This document shows positions 51,858 to 55,457 of a stretch of DNA of 55,457 nt, piece by piece (the first letter of the stretch is position 1; each line of letters opens with the position of its first letter). The DNA comes from a virus. The notes beneath the pieces are model-generated. The model was not told where the DNA came from. It did no database searches and saw only the letters and a list, made by a program, of their open reading frames with translations. The stretch lies in IMG/VR virus record IMGVR_UViG_3300009156_000034, positions 1 to 55,457 of that record; one strand, written 5' to 3'. The position numbers were made by a program, and so were the translations under genes.

Positions 51858-52657
51858 CGGAATACAATTTCACCGAGGAATGGATCCCGGTGTCGGAACT
51901 GGAAATCGACCGGGCCGTGCAGCGGTCCAGCTTCGACCGGGGCAAGGTTGAGCGGTTCAAGCGCAACTTCAACCCGGCCGCTCTGGGCGTCATCACAGTG
52001 TCCCGGCGCAACAAGGTGACACTCATCATCATTGATGGGATGCACCGCACTCAGACCGTCAAGGAGCTGAGCACCAACGAGGGCAAGATCCTCTGCCACG
52101 TCTTCACCGGCCTGACCAAGGCCGAAGAGGCGCAGATGTTCCTGGACCTCAACGCCGGCACCCAGCCAACGGTCATGGACAAGTTCCGGGTTTCCATCAC
52201 CGCTGAGAACGAAAGGTCCATCGCCATCGAGAAGCTCTGCCACGCCTACGGGTGGTCTATCAATCCCTCCCGGAACAAGGGCAATATCCAGGCAGTGACC
52301 ACCCTGGAGCGGATCTACAAGCTCTCAGAGAAGATCGAAGCTGAACCGAACCTGCTTCAGGTGGTGCTCCTGTGCATCACTCACGCCTGGGGCCTGGACC
52401 CGGACGGGAGCAAAGCCGTCATCATGGAGGGCATCGCTGCCCTGGTCGCTGAGCACGGCAGCAACCTGGACCTGGACGTGCTCCAGCGCAAACTCCAGAA
52501 CTACCCTGGTGGCCCCACGGGGCTGCACACCGACGCTGTGGCCTTGGCCAACATGCGACGGGGCCGAGTCACTATGGCGGTCGCTGAGAGGCTCACGGAC
52601 GAGTACAACAAGGGCCGCAAGTCCAAGGGCCTGAGCCCGTGGCGTCGCCGGTCATGA
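51854..52657 (+). CDS. Second ParB-like / DGQHR-like domain protein (267 aa)
   Basis: IPVSELEIDRAVQR...LIIIDGMHRTQTV. ATGA-coupled to the first ParB-like gene. Confidence 0.55.
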   Translation: MTEYNFTEEWIPVSELEIDRAVQRSSFDRGKVERFKRNFNPAALGVITVSRRNKVTLIIIDGMHRTQTVKELSTNEGKILCHVFTGLTKAEEAQMFLDLNAGTQPTVMDKFRVSITAENERSIAIEKLCHAYGWSINPSRNKGNIQAVTTLERIYKLSEKIEAEPNLLQVVLLCITHAWGLDPDGSKAVIMEGIAALVAEHGSNLDLDVLQRKLQNYPGGPTGLHTDAVALANMRRGRVTMAVAERLTDEYNKGRKSKGLSPWRRRS

Positions 52658-52842
52658 AGCTCGACTCACCTATCGCTGGTGCGTTAGGCGCACTAGCCGC
52701 GTTCACACTTCTGATGGCCCTAGTCGCTGTTCTTGTCAACAAATGGGAGCCCTTCCTTGGCTCACTCGTCATCTGGGTGGGCCTCGGGGGAGCAGTTCTT
52801 GGAGTCAAGATCCATAACCGGTTTCGGGGGGAAGAAGAGTGA
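52654..52842 (+). CDS. Small two-helix membrane protein (62 aa)
   Basis: ATGA-coupled. Hydrophobic segments AGALGALAAFTLLMALVAVLV and FLGSLVIWVGLGGAVLGV. Confidence 0.55.
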   Translation: MKLDSPIAGALGALAAFTLLMALVAVLVNKWEPFLGSLVIWVGLGGAVLGVKIHNRFRGEEE

Positions 52843-53021
52843 CTACGGCGTGGTGCCGGCGATGCCGGATGCGGATTCGGTGGTATCCCAGGTGGGGGGC
52901 CTGGGGTACGGCCACCGGAACCAAAGAGTTCGCTACTCAGTGTGTGACCCCGGACGGGGAGCACGAGCCCACTCAGGAGAAGAATTGGGGAGGTGCCGAG
53001 ATTGGCACAGTTACCACCTGA
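52839..53021 (+). CDS. Hypothetical small protein (60 aa)
   Basis: GTG overlapping the upstream stop (GTGA). Contains CRRC and a further Cys. Confidence 0.4.
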   Translation: MTTAWCRRCRMRIRWYPRWGAWGTATGTKEFATQCVTPDGEHEPTQEKNWGGAEIGTVTT

Positions 53022-53226
53022 CGGAACCTGGCTCATTCAACAAATCGGTGGAGAGGTCATCCTCTTTCACCGGTACACAGAGGAAGAGGTTGTGCGCTTC
53101 AATCCCAGTGATGCTGATGCGGCGGCTAAGGCTCAACACGCCATCCACCTGAGTGATCAATTGGATGATGAGCAGAAGTCCATGGCACATTTCTGGTCCG
53201 GGTACTTTTACGCCCACGCAACCTGA
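52993..53226 (+). CDS. Hypothetical protein (77 aa)
   Basis: GTG at 52993, or TTG at 53002 after GGGGAGG. The terminator lies directly downstream. Confidence 0.5.
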   Translation: MPRLAQLPPDGTWLIQQIGGEVILFHRYTEEEVVRFNPSDADAAAKAQHAIHLSDQLDDEQKSMAHFWSGYFYAHAT

Positions 53227-53231
53227 AACGA

Positions 53232-53266
53232 AAGAGGCCCTACCCGGAACCCGGGTAGGGCCTCTT
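53232..53266. terminator. Bidirectional intrinsic terminator between convergent genes
   Basis: AAGAGGCCCTACCCGG/CCGGGTAGGGCCTCTT forms a 16-bp perfect stem, with T-rich runs on both strands (CTGTTTCGTT on plus, TTTCGTTTCAGG on minus). Confidence 0.7.
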
Positions 53267-53275
53267 CTGTTTCGT

Positions 53276-53917
53276 TCACGCCATGGCGGATTCCGGCTGC
53301 TTCCTCAGCTCTGTGACTACGGAGTAGGCGTAGTTGTAGGAGGTGCCAGCAGCGGCGGCGATGTCCTTGATGGACAACTCTGGTGCCTTAGCGAGGATCT
53401 GGGCAATTCGCTCCTTGCTGTTTGGTCCCTTATCCCGCTTGGGGGCCGCGTCAACCTTCGGCTTCCCGGTACGCACCATGGCTCCTGCCTCAGCCGCCTC
53501 CAGGTTGAGGAGGTGGGCGTTCAGCTCATATACCGACACGGAGGCGATCACCATGAGGCCATCGATCAGGAGCGGAAGCATGAACCCAGCCTGATCATCC
53601 CCGGTGTAGCGGAGAACCGCCGCACGCTGATGCCAATAGCTGAGCCAGCCACCGGCACCTGCGATGCCTGCGGTGGCGACCGGTCGTGCCAGTCTGATAA
53701 ACCACGCTGCGTCTTTGCGTATGGGGATCCTGCTGACTAGTTCCCAACCACCTAGAACCAGCAGGGGCGGCATGGCCGCAAAGGTCCATGTCACCAGGTT
53801 GAACGTCCCCGCATGGAGGATGTTCGCCCAGATTGAGAGGGCGGCGGTAGCGACGATGATGCCACGGCAGTACCACCTGAGGTGAACGAAGTTCTTGCGC
53901 TTTTTGGATACATTCAT
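53276..53917 (-). CDS. DUF2637-like membrane protein with C-terminal HTH (213 aa)
   Basis: Four hydrophobic helices, a basic linker, then ERIAQILAKAPELSIKDIAAAAGTSYNYAYSVVTELRK (HTH). It has its own promoter-like element upstream and a terminator downstream. Confidence 0.6.
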   Translation of the reverse strand: MNVSKKRKNFVHLRWYCRGIIVATAALSIWANILHAGTFNLVTWTFAAMPPLLVLGGWELVSRIPIRKDAAWFIRLARPVATAGIAGAGGWLSYWHQRAAVLRYTGDDQAGFMLPLLIDGLMVIASVSVYELNAHLLNLEAAEAGAMVRTGKPKVDAAPKRDKGPNSKERIAQILAKAPELSIKDIAAAAGTSYNYAYSVVTELRKQPESAMA

Positions 53918-53997
53918 CCGATTCCCCTTTCAAGGGATTGTGTTGATTGGCCTGGGGTAGCGGGGGCATAGCCTCACTCGCTCTCACCAGTACGGCA

Positions 53998-54027
53998 ACA
54001 GTATCCCAGGGGAGGGGTGGGTGTCAA
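53998..54027 (-). promoter_or_regulatory. Candidate promoter TTGACA-N18-TACTGT (minus strand)
   Basis: Perfect -35 at 54027-54022, directly followed by the CCCACCCCTCC box; -10 TACTGT at 54003-53998. Lies in the 113-nt gap upstream of the DUF2637 gene. Confidence 0.45.
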
Positions 54028-54030
54028 GAG

Positions 54031-54228
54031 CTAGAGGATGTGTCCACTTGCCAGAGCCCGGTGGTACGCCAGCCACCGGTCATCAGCCTCACGTCGAAGC
54101 TGTTCCGGTGTAGGTGGCGGCTGGCACTCAGGACGCCGGCACGGGTCCACCAATGAGGCGTACGGCCCAGCAACCGTGCTGATGTCGATGACATCCAACT
54201 CGTCACCACAGGTGGGGCACTTAGGCAT
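54031..54228 (-). CDS. Small Zn-ribbon-like protein (65 aa)
   Basis: MPKCPTCGDEL ... CRRPEC. Overlaps the methyltransferase stop by 8 nt. Confidence 0.5.
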   Translation of the reverse strand: MPKCPTCGDELDVIDISTVAGPYASLVDPCRRPECQPPPTPEQLRREADDRWLAYHRALASGHIL

Positions 54229-55102
54229 TGAGCAGCCTCCAGGCTTCTGCGAGCTGTGGCGGGCACACCGCGTTCCCGATCACGCTCAGGGCCTTGGTGC
54301 GCTCCAGCCACTGGGTTACGTGGCCCTCAGGTAGGCACATCAGCCACTCGGCGAACTGGGCCGATAGCCGGGGTAGTCCCCGTGGTCCAATCTCACTGAT
54401 CAGTGGTGGTGGTCCGTACGCCTCAACATGCTTCTCTATGGCGCGCCCGTATCTGGTCAGGGTCACCTGCAACTGACCCACGCGCTCCAGGGATCCCGTC
54501 AGGTCCTCACCGTCGTCAAGCCTAGCTGTGGGGGTGGGGAACACGTCCCAGCGTCCCTGGACGGCACAGAACCTGGTCGGCACCCGCTCCACCTCCGCTG
54601 CCCATTCACCACGGGTGGCGAGGAGGAACAGCCGGTGCCGGTGGTGGGCAGCCTGTACGTGACAGGCACCAAGGGTGAGCCAGCGGACCCCGTACCCGAG
54701 CTGGTCGGTTAGGTCATCCAGGATCTGGTTCCACAATCGCCCCCCGTCGAAGTAGACCAGGTTCGGCACGTTCTCCATCAGGAGTTGATGGGGTCGTTGC
54801 GCGTCCAGGGCTCGGGCAACCTCGGGCCAGAGCCAGCGAGGATCAGCGTCACCACGCTTACCACCGGCCGAACTGACCGGCTGGCAGGGAAACCCGGCCG
54901 TGATCAGGTCGACTTCCTCTTGCAGCCACCAGTCGACCTGGGTCACGTCACCCAGGTCGGCGTCGTAGTCGGTGCCGGGAAGACGAATCTTGCTCAGGTC
55001 CTCGTCCCACTCAGCCCACCAGGGCATGGTGAAGTCGACCCCGGCCAGCTTGAGTCCTAGCTCGATGCCGCCGCAGCCGGTGAACAGGGATCCAATTAGC
55101 AC
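54221..55102 (-). CDS. DNA (cytosine-5) methyltransferase (294 aa)
   Basis: Motif I LFTGCGGIELG, motif IV GFPCQPVS, motif VI ENVPNL. I chose the GTG at 55102, which overlaps the upstream stop (TAGTG) and gives the usual N-terminus. The longest ORF runs to 55252. Confidence 0.85.
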   Translation of the reverse strand: MLIGSLFTGCGGIELGLKLAGVDFTMPWWAEWDEDLSKIRLPGTDYDADLGDVTQVDWWLQEEVDLITAGFPCQPVSSAGGKRGDADPRWLWPEVARALDAQRPHQLLMENVPNLVYFDGGRLWNQILDDLTDQLGYGVRWLTLGACHVQAAHHRHRLFLLATRGEWAAEVERVPTRFCAVQGRWDVFPTPTARLDDGEDLTGSLERVGQLQVTLTRYGRAIEKHVEAYGPPPLISEIGPRGLPRLSAQFAEWLMCLPEGHVTQWLERTKALSVIGNAVCPPQLAEAWRLLNA

Positions 55103-55275
55103 TACTGGGTCCGCTTCCTGCTCCGCGCCATGAGGTACAGGGTGGTCGCCACGAACACTCCATAGACCACCGCCCAGTACTGTGCGCCCTCTGACCACGC
55201 CTGGATCACGAACATCAGTCCAAGCACCCACAGGATCACCACGAAGATCCAACCAATCATCGGTTCATCCACCAT
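55102..55275 (-). CDS. Small two-helix membrane protein (52-57 aa)
   Basis: IGWIFVVILWVLGLMFVI and YWAVVYGVFVATTLYLMA. Start is either ATG 55275 or ATG 55260; the latter overlaps the upstream stop as ATGA. Confidence 0.5.
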   Translation of the reverse strand: MVDEPMIGWIFVVILWVLGLMFVIQAWSEGAQYWAVVYGVFVATTLYLMARSRKRTQ

Positions 55276-55337
55276 TTCTCGAACTTGATCAGGCCCCAGG
55301 CCAGCAGGCCCACGGCAACGAGTAGCAACCACTCCAT
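55257..55337 (-). CDS. Tiny TM peptide (26 aa) starting at the TIR inner edge
   Basis: MEWLLLVAVGLLAWGLIKFEKWWMNR. The ATG forms the last 3 bases of TIR-R. GC3 is high, and the stop is coupled to the next gene. Confidence 0.35.
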   Translation of the reverse strand: MEWLLLVAVGLLAWGLIKFEKWWMNR

Positions 55338-55457
55338 ACCCTCAACCCTACCCCTCCCCCCACCCGCGTTCAAGAGCCCGCGCTCACTGAGCCAGGATCC
55401 TCGATCCTCGCGCGAGCAGACCCCGGAAAGTTGTTGCTGAGTCAACCAACAGGACTA
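55335..55457. repeat. Right terminal inverted repeat (TIR-R), 123 bp
   Basis: Exact reverse complement of 1-123. Confidence 0.95.
55337..55373 (-). promoter_or_regulatory. Mirror-image candidate promoter inside TIR-R feeding a leaderless ATG at 55337
   Basis: Same sequence as 85-121, read on the minus strand because it is part of the TIR. Confidence 0.4.

Overview
The window reads as one complete, linear, high-GC (actinobacterial-type) tailed-phage genome of 55,457 bp, not a chromosomal segment. Coding density is very high, and many gene junctions are ATGA, GTGA or TGATG overlaps. There are four transcription blocks. (1) The left arm, 121-8996 on the + strand, carries small early genes: a SLOG/DUF2493-like protein, HTH proteins, an orphan IS110-type Tnp-domain protein, RusA, a membrane-anchored M23 peptidase and several Cys-rich mini-proteins. 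(2) The central late block, 8997-46210 on the - strand, runs in transcription order: large terminase, a secreted beta-helix protein with its own terminator, a DUF1360 membrane protein, portal, MuF-like protein, protease/scaffold fusion, a 2368-aa polyvalent protein (several ADP-ribosyltransferase-like modules plus a Nudix box), two HK97-like capsid candidates, connectors, tail chaperones, tape measure, tail proteins, a seven-gene glycosylation/deoxysugar cluster, amidase endolysin and a holin-like gene. (3) The right arm, 46405-53226 on the + strand, holds HTH regulator, Cas4-like nuclease, SSB-like protein, prim-pol/SF3 helicase, two ParB-like proteins and small genes. (4) The right end, 53276-55337 on the - strand, holds a DUF2637-HTH membrane protein, a Zn-ribbon protein, a C5 DNA methyltransferase and two tiny TM peptides. 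The most unusual feature is that the two ends are perfect 123-bp inverted repeats. Each repeat carries a promoter-like element that ends in an ATG exactly at its inner edge. I could not recognise any protein-priming polymerase, terminal protein, protelomerase or integrase. I found no rRNA, convincing tRNA or CRISPR array. All functional calls come from motif recognition by eye on the supplied translations; no database search was run.
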